This document shows, piece by piece, positions 1-12,110 of a stretch of 64,000 bases of DNA (its first letter is position 1; each line of letters opens with the position of its first letter). Source of the DNA: Camelus ferus (taxonomy: Eukaryota). The stretch spans positions 117,120,001 through 117,184,000 of the forward strand of contig NC_045696.1 of assembly GCF_009834535.1 (NCBI RefSeq), given 5' to 3'. The notes under the pieces are model-generated. The model was not told the origin of the DNA. It saw only the letters and a program-made list of their open reading frames with translations, and searched no databases. The position numbers were made by a program, and so were the translations under genes.

Positions 1-454
1 CATTCATATGGAATGGAAATTACCTACAAAAAGCTAACATTTAAAAGTGATTTTTAAATTATTATCCTTTAATGAGCCCTGATCATGTAATCACTATTAT
101 GTAAAACCTAGATATGGTCTCTGAGTTTACAAACTAAATTATGAACCTGGCTAATTAAATAGCTAACATTTCCTATTTCAACTGTGTTGAAATGAATGCT
201 ATATAAAGACCTCTAACTCAGTTCATTTTTAAATTGGACCTCTTGTTATAGGAAATAGCCTCAAAAGATTCAAAGAGATGATAAATGCATAAGGAGTGTA
301 TTTATGAGGTTATCATGTGGTCTGCTTAATTCTACACTGGGTCTGGTGTGAAATGGCATTGATACTCAGACTCAGTAAAGTGACCTGTAGGTAATTAGTA
401 CCATAAAGTTCGAGTATAAACCCTCTCATCAAACCAGGAAATGTTAGATCTTGA

Positions 455-538
455 ACATCTGGTTTAATGTCCTCATTTTACAGATAAGAAAACAGAGCCT
501 ACGAGTGTTTAAATAATTTGCACAAAGTCACAAAGCTA
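455..538 (-). mobile_element. MIR SINE fragment
   Basis: cctcattttacagataagaaaacagag...aataatttgcacaaagtcaca matches the reverse MIR core. Confidence 0.7.
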
Positions 539-1624
539 TCCAATGCAACTATTTACACCTGTGGACAAGAGGATTACTTACTTATCCACGTTTTAACATG
601 AATTATTTCTTCCATGCTTTTGACATCAAGGATACATTAGGTGGACGTTTCCAAGCCTCATTGTTCACTGAACAAGTTTCTTGTATCAATATTTGTAAAA
701 TGTCTGCATTCATCAGCTAAGTGCTGATTTACAAAAATGAGATATTATTCTGGGTGTCCTAAATATTCACAAATGAGTCCTTTTCCCAGTATTGTTCACA
801 AGAGATGGCAGATGGGACAATGGAATCTGTTTCCTTCGTTGGAAATCTGGGGGGTAGATTAAACACCACCCAGTCCCCCGATTCTAAATGTCTATGCGTC
901 TGAGATCTCAGCTTCATTAGAAGTGGGGCATGGTACTAGATCCTAAGTGTCGAACAAGGAGAGTTCATTGGATCCCATTGAATTTTCATGGCTGTTGAAA
1001 GAGATGGATGTTACTGCTTCATTTTCCATTAGACAGATGCTGTATGCAGATAATAAAGGGGAAAAGTCTATTTAGGGACCTAATGCACACTTATTCATCA
1101 GTTGTATCTTCCTGCTGACGTCTGAAGATGTGAATTTTCTTCTTTCAACTGGGACTGAGAGGAGTGGCACCGAGTCCAGCTAGACTTCACTGGGTTATGG
1201 ATGGGGAAGTTTATGTTTCCTAGGATGACTGCCAAAAGGAGCCTGAAAGACAAATGCCTGCCTTAAATACTGAGACAGAGATGGATGGACTAAGGGATGA
1301 GCTATAGACAAACAGCAGCAGAACCCCTGGTTGCTGAGAATCTTACTCCTTCTCTAGATTTGACCCATCCCTCTGCTCGGCTGCTACTTCTGTCCACGGA
1401 TTCATTTTTTGTCCCTAAGGAATTGAGAATGCGGGTTGCTTAACATTAAGGCACACAATCACAGGAACTTCTTTGCTTACTTACTCACTCGTTCATTCAT
1501 TTGGTCCTTTTCAGGGCACCTCCTACATTGGGGGAGGCGTTGTGAGAGGGGCTGTAGTGACAAATATCAATGCTCATTTTTACATCGTATCTCCTATATA
1601 TCGCACACTGTTCCATATGATATA

Positions 1625-1712
1625 GAAATCCTCACTCTAACCCTACGATGTTGTATTATTATTATCCCCCTTCTGCAGATAAGGAACGTGAGGCAAAGAG
1701 GTTGAGTCACTG
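1625..1712 (-). mobile_element. MIR SINE fragment
   Basis: aaccctacgatg...tattattatcccccttctgcagataaggaacgtgaggcaaagaggttgagtcact. Confidence 0.75.
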
Positions 1713-1721
1713 TGTTAATCA

Positions 1722-2212
1722 TGTTCTTTTTTTTTAATTTTCTGTATCTTATGGTATTTTGACATCTTGAAAATCTTGCTGCCCCTCCTTGGCTAGTTGA
1801 TTCTCAGAGAGAGCAAAGGGCTCAGCCAGGAGCACATCTGTCATATACAAACCAACCTGATCCAAGTCTCTCCTCTCCACTCCCCTATTTCCCTAACTTT
1901 ATACCTCAAGCCCCTCTTTCTGCCCCCTCCCACATCATTCCATGGCAGGTATCAGGCAACCAGAGACTATCCCCATAGCTTGAAAGCTACTGGCATTCTT
2001 CAGATTAGCCAGTCCTAACATGTTTCTCTGTCCTGCTTTTCCCGCTGAAACCCAGATCGGAGCTCTGATCTAGGTTTTCCTCTCCCTCCTCTTCTGATTC
2101 CTGAATCTGGTGCTTCCCCTGTGGCCCTGATGGGTGTGCCACACCTCTCGTTTCTTTCAGAGGCATCAACCTCTCCATGTCAGCACTCCGTCACCTTTAT
2201 GAATTGAGACCC
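1722..2212 (+). mobile_element. ERV1-class solo LTR (MER39/MER34-like)
   Basis: gtatcttatggtattttgacatc...gcccctcc...ggctag...catatacaaaccaacc resembles MER39-group LTRs; recognised by eye. Confidence 0.65.
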
Positions 2213-2514
2213 AAGGAAAGTCAATCAGCAAGCTCGAAGGGGGAGGTGTGGCGCTTGGGACTCCTGAGGCTGTTGGCTCCAGTCTGTGCTCTCAACATAT
2301 GTGCTACATTGATTTAAAAAAGATACTCTATTTAAAGGGCTTACAGTCTTGTGGGGACACAGGGTCAGAAGCAAACAGTTACAAGGTGATATGTGAATAC
2401 AATCATGAAGATATCACTGTTACGGCTAGCTCACTCAATATTGTCAATGTGAAATGAAGGGATATCTTGGCTTAATTGGTATTTGGCTAGAGTTTGTGTG
2501 AGCTTGCTGCTTGG

Positions 2515-2610
2515 CTTCAATTCAAGGCATATTAAAGCACCCACTGTGTGCAGGCACTTTCTCAGTTACTGAAGACCCAGAAAGAACAAGGACAGGACAT
2601 GCCTTTGGGT
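2515..2610 (-). mobile_element. L2 3' end fragment
   Basis: ttcaattcaaggcatattaaagcacccactgtgtgcaggcact resembles the L2 terminus. Confidence 0.55.
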
Positions 2611-3969
2611 GGACAGCGTGGAGGACATCAGTGCCGAAACAAATGACCAAACAGGTGCAAAAACAGAGGAAAGGCCGGGGGCATCCAGGTAGGGGTCATT
2701 CACTCTGTTCTTATGAGGAAGTTGGGATGTGTGAGCTGTAAAATTAAATTACTGTGAAAAATGAGAAATTTGGGGAGTTTTGTGGGTAGGAATACAGAGT
2801 GTGGCATCTCATTTAGTTGGAACGGAATCAGCCAAATTTTTGGGAAGTGTTGTTATGCAAGGCTGATTAACTGACTTGTGTCTTGGAAGCTCTGGTTGCG
2901 TTGACCGTCAAAACTGAGACTAGATTATATCCAAAATTTCAAGCCAGGGTCACAGATCTTACTGAATGGCAGGGAGGAGCAGGTCACAGTAGTAAAGAGA
3001 GTGCCAATTTGGAGAACTCAGTGGATCTGAGTTCAAATTCCAGCTTTCTAACCCACTAGCGATGTGGTCTGGGGTTAGTGACTTAAACTGTGGGATTTCA
3101 GCGGGAACAGTTTTACTTTTCTTAGATGTGCAAAATGCCTAGTATACAGTTAAGGAGGAAAAAAGGTTTTCTCCTATGTTCTAGACCCCTCTAGTCCAAA
3201 GGGGTCTTAAACATCTACATGCCTAGTCAAAATATACCTAGATGTGTCAGACCCCCAAGAAGACTACACGAATTCTAAGACAGCTGCAAGACTCCACCTC
3301 AGTTTTTGTTAACGCGCACTGCAGATGCAAGAGCGACAAAAACAAGCTGAACCGACTTTCTGTCCGCTTGACTCCCTTTGACTAACTTCTTAGCCTCATC
3401 TCTTTCTGGATGAGCCTTAAGCATGAGGAGGTTTGTGAACTCCTGAGTGACGAGAGGCTGGGGAACACTGGTGGAGCGTTGCTCCTACAAAGCAAAGGTG
3501 ATGGACGGAAAGCAGAGCTATGGGTCAAACGGTCAGTGACTTGTCCTCATCTGCCAGTTAGTGTTTTCCATCTGCGCTTTGCTGGCAAAAGATCAAGACC
3601 CCAACACATCTTCCACGTTTCCTTCTTGGTTCGCTCTATGGAGTTTTCCTGGAGGATGTGAATTCACCATTTTATGCATGTTTATCATGGGACATCCTGT
3701 TTGAGGCACTCGGTTCTCAATGACCTTGGTTCTTGGCTTGCAAACCACTGACTCGAGTGTTTGAGCTCAGCTTCTCTGGGTTTCCACCTTGTCAACATTA
3801 TGAACTGGCTTGATTGCTGGATAATCTTTACCTGCCCGAGTGATACATCTCTGTATCATTCATTCATCATTTGGTCTCATGTTATATACCCACAGAACTT
3901 GATTCATTGCAGACAAGCAGTGTGAATTCAGCAGCCTGTCTCTTGATGCTTCCTAAGCAAGAGTTCAAT

Positions 3970-4180
3970 AGGGAAGAATCCAAAGTTAGACTCTAAATTA
4001 CATCCTGACTCCTTATACATGCAAGTCTAGTGACTTCAAGATAAGTCACTTAATGTCTATGGACCCCAGTCTCCTCAACCACAGTAGTACCGACCTCATA
4101 GACTTGTTGTGGTAATTAAATGAGGCAATGTCTAGCCCAGTGCCTGGTCTATGGTAAAGTACTCAGATATTAGTTATTAT
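3970..4180 (+). mobile_element. MIR SINE
   Basis: aagtcacttaa...agtaccgacctcatagacttgttgtggtaattaaatgag...cagtgcctgg...tattagttattat. Confidence 0.8.
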
Positions 4181-4235
4181 CTTTACTGAAAAGGACGACT
4201 CAATGAAATTAAGTTGTCCTGTGAGGTGCCATTCC

Positions 4236-4419
4236 ACAGCCATGAACCATGTGTGGTTATTCAAATTTAAATGAACAAAAATTAAACCTAAAAAAAATCA
4301 GCCCCTTAATTGCACTGCCTGTGTTTTCAGTGCTCCACAGCCACACATGGCTGTTGGTGTAGACTTGTGCTGATGGAGAACGTTCCCACCATCCCAGGAC
4401 GTTTCATTGGACCCAGCTG
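4236..4419. mobile_element. hAT-Charlie MITE (MER3/MER33-like)
   Basis: catgtgtggttattcaaatttaaat...agtgctccacagccacacatggct...catcccaggacgtttcattggac. Confidence 0.7.
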
Positions 4420-7041
4420 ACAATGACACTGCTCTCAAACTCTAAAAATATCATATAAGAAAAACATGAAATGCACCACATACTTTTAAAAAAAAAAAAC
4501 ACCGCAACACCTCACTTGTGTGTTCTGTGGGGGCTTTCGATGCAAAGTATTCCCAACACCCACCTAGAGTATGTTTAAAGCTTTGGAAACAATTAGAGTG
4601 TCCTCTGTTCCTTTTCACATTGTTTGGTGGCTGTTTCTCCCCGCCCCTCCCCTCCACTTTCAATATGTTTCTGATGGAGTTGCGTTCCATATGTAATATT
4701 GTTACAGGTGCAAAATTGTTTCTTTCAATTCTGAATGCCGCCGCACATGTGCAGCGATAGCTCTGAAGGCCAGCTCACTATTACCGCCAATCCAGGCCTC
4801 TCTCCCAGCCTGGAGGTCAACAGCGTTCTTCTTTGCTTGCTAATGCTTTATTGTCTCTTAGTATACATTGGAATAATAATGGTAATTTATGCAGATATTT
4901 TGTATGCATAGCAAATAATGAGAAACACCTGCAGAAATTTCCCTCCTTCTCTGAGTTCAGCAACTAATTATATTTTTAAATAATGGCTACCATTGAACAC
5001 AATTATCCAAATCACTTTAAGTAATGGAATCTTTTTAAGGTGTTTTTGAAAATTTTAGCACAGTTTTTAAACACTCATTTTTATCTAGAAGATGGGAGGG
5101 GGGGAAAAAAAAGCCTAGTGGGCGGCTTACTCACCCACAACGCGGTTTCTGCCAAGAATGGTTCCGTCCCGGAGTCTCCCCGGGGTTCAGGTCTGACCCC
5201 CCAGGCTGTGATTGGTGATGAAATCCAGGTTTTCTGTAGCGTTCACCTGGCTGATTTTGGTAGCTTTGCTCTTCCTTCCTGTCTCCCTTTCTTAATGCAA
5301 TATAAAAATAATAAGATTGCCTCTAAAAATTCTCTTTTAAAGAGCACAAATTGCCACATGATTTTTTTCCCCTTCTGTCCATGAAGAGGTTTGAGTGGGA
5401 AAAGCACTGTCTGGGGGGGTCAGAAGACTGGTTCGTTTTGCTCTCTGTGTCTCAATTTCCTCTTAATATGTTTGGAAGATTGAGACAGATCATTTCCCAA
5501 AGTCTCTCTATCTCTAAAGAAACACACGGCCCTGAACCCTGGCCATCATGTGTCAAGTTCACCAAAGAGGATTTGAAAAACAGAAGAGGTCGGCAGAGAG
5601 CAAGACCAGTAAGAAATTCGTGTTTCCTCCCCACTGCTAAACCACAGGTTGTGGTCCTAATTATGGCAAGGGTCTGGAAAATTCTGATCTCTCGCTCTTT
5701 GTAATGTAGATACATACATGTCTGTATAGATGTCTGCATATCCCACCATGGGCCTCCCGCCACGTACCTGTATATGTGGTGATGGGGTGATTTGAGGGTT
5801 GAACCCAGAGAGAACAACTTAGAAATTCACATCTTCCTGGGCACCTGCCCTGATCGCGCACACGTGTGACTGCGATCTAGTCTCCCTCCTAGCATTCCTC
5901 ACCCTTCTCGGTGCCTACGAGGAATTATTAGTCTTTAGGAGGAGAAATCAGCGCTTGCATAAATCATACCATTTCCTTTTACCTTTGGGTTCATTTGGCC
6001 AGTTGAAATTTATGGAGTGCTGCTTAAAAAATGCTCACGTTATAAGAATTCCTGATCTCAAGATGTTCACAATCTGGAGATGGAGGGAAGTTAAATACCA
6101 ATCAAACTCAAAGGAAAATGATGTTAATAAAGCAAAGCTCTGATATGAGGGGCTAAGGGAGCCACTTGGAAGAGGTGGCACTTGACCAGGTCCCCAGGAG
6201 CAAAGCAGGCTCGCTTGCGAGTCCCAGATGCTGGTCTGTGGACCAGCTAAGTGCTTCGCTAGACTGCGTTTACCTGGACTTACCTGATGAATGTGTACAG
6301 CAGAAAAATAAGGACAGCTAAATAAAGCTGACATAAAATGATGTCCTTTTTATTTTTGGAGATTATATTCTACCTCCTCATTTATAAGGTATAAATGACG
6401 GTTAGAATATGTGGTTATTTTCCACTTTTTAAAAACTTCTTTGGCAAAATAAGAAACTGGAAAATACACCTTAGCTCTCAATCTTGAATGTTTTGTTTGA
6501 CATTTTACTGGACCTTTAAATCTACAATCTGAGTATCTCTGGGTTATAGTTCCCTCTGCTTCCTTATTTGTTTTGCAAACTTTCAAGGGCCTGTGGGTTC
6601 TCCTAAGAGAAGGAAGATGTGGGGCCAACTGGAGTTTTATTTTGTATCTTTCCTGTGCTAATGAATTACACTGCTAATCTCAGAGAGAGAAACAGAAACA
6701 GAGAGAGGGAGCAAGTTATGGGGGAGATTAAGAGTCTGAGCGAACATATCCTATAAAGACCAGTGGATGGTGATTTAAAAAAATATATCTACAAGATGCT
6801 AATATAGTTTTGCATTTATAGGGGGAGCTTGTCACTGTATTTCCTTTAATTTTGTACTGTAGTGAACCAAAAAGCAGAAAGAAAAGTCTAGAGAAAGCAA
6901 TCCTGGGTAACTGTTTGGTCACCAACTCCCTAGGGGACTGACTCACATGGGACCTGGGAGCTGGACAAAGGGAGTGGAGAAGGGGCACCTCCCGACCCTA
7001 GGGAAGATAGCAGAGAACCACCATGGGAAACAGAAGCTTTC

Positions 7042-7385
7042 TTTTTTTCTCAATTGAAGTATAGTCAGTTACAATGTGTCAATTTCTGGTGCACAGCACA
7101 GTGTCCCAGTCATGCATATACACACATATATTCGTTTTCATATTCTTTTTCATTAAAGGTTATTACAAGATATTGAATATAGTTTCCTGTGCTCTACAGA
7201 AGACATTTGTTTTTTTTTTAATCTATTTTTACGTATAGTGGTTAACCTTTGCAAATCTCAAACTCCCAAATTTATCCCTTCCCACCCCCTCTTGCCTGGT
7301 TACCATAAGATTGTTTACTATGACTGTGAGTCTGTTTATGTTTTGTAGATGAGTTCATAGTGTCCTCTTTTTTTTTTCTTTTTTA
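7042..7385 (-). mobile_element. 5'-truncated lineage-specific L1 3'UTR
   Basis: T-tract then attgaagtatagtcagttacaatgtgtcaatttctggtg...ttattacaagatattgaatatagt; the same family recurs at 30.6 and 40.4 kb. Confidence 0.9.
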
Positions 7386-8689
7386 AAGTTTACTATTTGA
7401 AGAAAGAAAGTCTTTTTTTTTTTTTCCAGTTTTGGAATTTGGGATAAAACATAAGTGGATGCCAGTCCTACTTCTTGATGCATAACCTTCCTCTGTCATG
7501 TGATTCTTCCTATGCCTCACATGGCAGGTGTGCAGTTAAAAATGAAATGGCTGTGCACTTCGACACAAGACGGGGCGGGTTGGTAAAATACCGGAGGTGG
7601 CCAGTGATGTCCCTGCTGCCTTGGCACTGAATGGAAGAGACTTGTAACCTGGTGTCTGGGCCTGGGGGGCTGGGTAGGGGGTGGGGATGTGGGAAGAGTT
7701 CACTTGGAATCAGAGGAGTGAGTAACACGTTGTTAGTAGTTTCATGATCTCTAGGCTTTGGCTTCTTGGAAACTAGTTTACTTTCTACCTGCCAAAAAAG
7801 GTCCGTTTTCATCCTGAGCCTCAGTTCCCCCTCGTAAAACTTCAAAATAAGTAAACACTATGATGAATAAAGAATTGTGACTTGAGAATGCCTGGGCAAA
7901 TATGAATGCTTCCACTCTTTAAACGGGATCTTTGGAGGAGAACTGAAAAGATGGCATTCTTGTCACTTGGGATTTGCGATGCACTACAAAACATCACACC
8001 CACCTTGCGTGGATGACTGCCTGCCTTCCGAGAGACTTACGGTCCTAGGACCACAAGGGCAGCCTTTTATCTCTCTTACTAACGACGCTTTACTTTTGCA
8101 TTAAACATGATCTTAAGGAAAAAAATCTGCTCAGGGGACATCTCTTGGCTGTCGCCGTTCTGAACATAGCTTAACACAGAAAGAAGGCATTAGTGGGCTG
8201 TTACAGTTGCTGTATCAGAAGAATGCTCCGTATCACAGTAATTTGGAGAAGGTACGACGGTGGCCCCCGGGGAAATCCGACTCAAAATAAATCTTTGAGA
8301 GCATCCATCAAAGGTGCTTGGAAAGATCATATTTGAGCACTTGGTTAAGTGTGAGATTCTGCCCCCGACCCCAGATGGTCTTTGAGGATAAAATGCCTGA
8401 AAGAACAAAGTCTAGATTTCATTCTACACTTGTAATATTCCTTCAGGAGACAATCAATACAAATAAATAATAAAAAATAGGTAAGTAAATAAATTACCAA
8501 AGGCTTCAATGAAAGCCTAGACTGCCCTTTTTTCCTCCAACATTATCATCTTGAAAATTGTCCTAAAATCTGGACACTATTCCCCGAAGAAGAGTAGTTG
8601 TTGTGTTTTTGTTTTTGTTTTTTTTTGTTTTGGTTTCCTCCCTAATACTGCCAATAATAAGCATTCGGCTGCTTGCCGCTCTCTCACAG

Positions 8690-8722
8690 GAAATTTCAAA
8701 ACTTTCAGCCGGCTGGAAATAG
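8690..8722 (+). other. candidate 33-nt microexon
   Basis: ctctctcacag|GAAATTTCAAAACTTTCAGCCGGCTGGAAATAG|gtaaga; length divisible by 3; host gene not identified. Confidence 0.4.
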
Positions 8723-10484
8723 GTAAGAAAGGCCTGGGAGACCTGGGAAGGACTCCAAATACAATCTGCAAGTAGATTAATACTGTATGTTTCATAGTAA
8801 TCTGTTTTAACATTGTAAGAGATTTTCACTCCCCACTTCTCAAACCGCAGTACCCAAACATCGCCACAAGAGGGAACCATTGCTTAAATGTTGGAAGAAT
8901 TAGGTCTTTTGAGGAATTCATTCAGCTCAAATCTCTCTTGAATGTAAGGACATGGTCAAAAGGATTGAACAAAAAAGTGAAGGGACAGGTGCCGTCATCA
9001 GTGCGGTTCTGTTTTTGACAGCCGAAGTATTTCAACTTTTAAACATTCAAACAACCAAAGGTGTTCCTAGGACTGTAACCTGGTTAACAAAAACCAAGAC
9101 CAGCGTTGAGCTTTTACTAGAAATTCACATAATAAAGAAAGCTCTGGCTGGTCTTTATTTTTCCGTTGGTCTCAGTTTGTCTAAGAACCAGGCAAACTTT
9201 GATATAAACAGAAAATATTAAGATATAAGGAAACAGAGCCATTTTCAAACTCTTGGCTCAAAGTGTCATCTATCAGAAAGCACATAGCAGCAGTGATCAG
9301 TAAGAGGAGAGGGGGTTATGTGTCGTAGAAGATTCTTGCTTTCAGCCCCTGGAGCCCTTGCAGTTGTGGAATCCAGATTCATGTGATAAAAGACATGGAG
9401 AATGGCCTCTTGGAGGTCGCATGGCACCAGGCGTGCACAAGTCCGGTTTCTGCACGGAGAGAACTACAAAACAAACTGGGAAATATTTGATGCCAGTAGG
9501 AAAACAGATGACGGCTGAGATTATTAATCTTGACAGTTTCCTGATTTATTAGGACATTGTCATCCTCTTCATTTGTATCATTTGGCAAATGATCACAGTA
9601 TTAGACTTAGTGGAGGCAGAGCTAAGGCTTCCCCTGCCTCCAACAGCGGCAGCAGGTAGACAGCACGAAGGCTTGGGTTTAGACACGAGGTGGGTGAGAT
9701 GAATTTTCAGTTACATACTGTCATTTGAGGAACACTAAGTCGGGCTTTTTTTTTTTTTTATGACTGTCAACCTAGATACAGCTATGTAACTAAAATACAT
9801 TAATTATCTCCGAGAAATAAACCTGTTTGTTTGATAAATCCAAAGCAATGGTGACTACGTTGAAAAGCAAGGTCTCAAGCAGTCAGGAATTGTTACTGTT
9901 TACTGTGCAGGCAAGGAAAAACAAAGAAAACAATTAGAAAAATAACAGTCCTCTTTAAAAGCTGTTCCTCTAAATCGTTATACTCGGTCAAACAGAAATG
10001 TGTGGAATTTCTCCCTCTGAACTGTTCATGCAAAATCACTAAATCTTGGGCGTCTTCACCGTAGACTCAAAATTAGAAAGCATTTGGTGTATTTTATTAG
10101 TGATCTCTTCCACCAATATTTTTACGTTCTATTTTTCATCATCCCTTGCATTTAAAATAACAGCAACAGAAATTAAGCCTCAATAAAAATGTATCACAAA
10201 TTAAAGATATTTCCAACGAAAAGATGTTATCCTCAAGACAGTTTTATCCAAATGTAAAATCCCAAACCTAAAATGCTATCATTGAATACTTTTTTTATTA
10301 AGAAGAGCCATGTCTGCACCTATGTTTCGAGACTGACATATTGTGCAATAAACAGCAATCAGCCTAAAGATGCTATATTAAACAAACCAAGTTTTGTTTT
10401 GCTAAACTAAGCAAAATTAGTTGAATGCCCTAAGTAATAGTTGCTGGTATTTTTTTTTTGAAATTATTTCTCCACTTGTTTTTG

Positions 10485-10720
10485 TGTCTATGCATAAATT
10501 AAAAATCTGCTGAAATTTATTATTCATCTGAGATGTAATTAATATGCAAAATTATGCAAATTAAGATGCAATTAGGCTTCAATTCTCTAGTGGAATTTTC
10601 CATTATAATTTAATACAAAGTAATAGAGTAATTGGTGTCACGTGTAATTACGGTTACTCACGTGTACTTGCAGACGTGCAAATGATGTGGTATATGTTAG
10701 TTATCCTATGCAAATGGTTC
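10485..10720. promoter_or_regulatory. enhancer-like cluster of POU octamer, homeodomain and E-box motifs
   Basis: ATGCAAAT at 10554 and 10708; variants at 10544, 10566 and 10676; CACGTG at 10639 and 10659; several TAATT cores; no repeats. Confidence 0.55.
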
Positions 10721-11699
10721 CTGCAATCTCTTAATACTTGGGAATGAAGTAAACAAAGATGGTCTTCAAAAAAAGGGTGAGAGGGACCCCTCTTTCTTCT
10801 CCTGTGCTACCATTTTGAAGAACTGTGTGAATAATTGTAACTAATTTCCCTGCATTTATGTCTCAGAATTTTTAACTTGGTATGATACAGTGCATTGTTT
10901 ATTACTTTAGAGAAATTATTGCTGGTAAAAAGGAATCTTTAAATAGAGACCTAACCGTGATGCAGATGCCACATGGATGTACCCAGGGCGAGAGCAAGCA
11001 AAGCAGAGCGCTGTCTAACGGGGCAGAGGGGTTTTTGCATCAGGCTCAGAAGGTCTCGCCTTTAAAAGAAAGAGCACAGCCAGCTTTGCCAAATACATCA
11101 TTGTAACCATACTGTGTTATTTCCGGATTGCAAAGTTGACCAGTTTGCTTTGCCCTCTCTTCAGAAGCCAGACAGTTTGATTTTCCAAATCAAAATTTAT
11201 TCCCTCCTACTTTTCAGAAATCTCAAAGAATTCCGTCATTTGTCTCCGCATGGATAAAGCACTGAGCAGATTAAACTATGTAATTCTCCCTGTCACTAAC
11301 TCTGCCATTTGGTTCAAGGGACTCAGCCGCTAACGACTGTGTGTCTCCTTGTGTCTCCCAGGAGAAGGGGACCCTGAGTCTCCCAGGCGTTTGTCCTGAG
11401 CCTGGAGCTGCAGCTTATAATTTCTCCATGAGAAATGATTACCGCTTGTTTTAAAACACCCATGCTGTGTTGAATCCCGCACAGAAAACATTATGATCGT
11501 GACACTTTCCTTCTCAGAGCTGAAGCACATACTTTAAGACGAGTATTTTATATTCTCAGCTCCAATTAACCTGAAGTGTTTCTCTTCCCTGTCTCCCCCT
11601 CAGCCCACCCCCTTCACCTGAGTCTCACCCTTCCACCCTGTGGGAACAGATTATTTTTCAGGAAGGGGATATGTGTGATATACTTTGTTGCAATTAATA

Positions 11700-12110
11700 A
11701 GCGTGGGCATGGACAGAGCGGGAGCGGCAAGAGCTGATGGAGAGTAGCGGAGAAACTGCACTCCTCTCTCCCGGCTAGGCTCCCGCTGGGCACCTCTCCC
11801 TCCACCTCCGCTGGCTGGGTGATGGACAGACCGGCGCAGATGAGAGAAAACACACGCTGCGCCCTGTCACAGCCCCACCCATTCATCCATATGTGGCTTC
11901 CCCATTCACTCCAGTAATAATACCAATTACGATGCAGGCAGGGCCGTTCTTGCTCACATTTGCAGCTCACCGTGGACATTAGTGCTGCACTCCGAGCAGC
12001 GCCCGGACCTTCAGCGACATCGATTATACAGCTGTTGGACAGTCGTGGAATATACAAAGCCCTGTTCAGCGAGCAGAATCGTTTGTAATTGTGGAAGGTG
12101 CGATAGGAGA
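11700..12110. promoter_or_regulatory. small CpG-retaining unique element (orphan CGI/enhancer-like)
   Basis: about 23 CpGs counted in ~410 bp against a CpG-poor background; no repeat similarity seen. Confidence 0.5.

Noticed and set aside
3183..3207. 8-bp-arm hairpin agacccct/aggggtct
   Set aside because: Short and isolated; chance, or a transposon relic
11960..11980. REST/RE1-like motif (also ~52982-52997)
   Set aside because: The left half-site TCAGCACC is not matched properly
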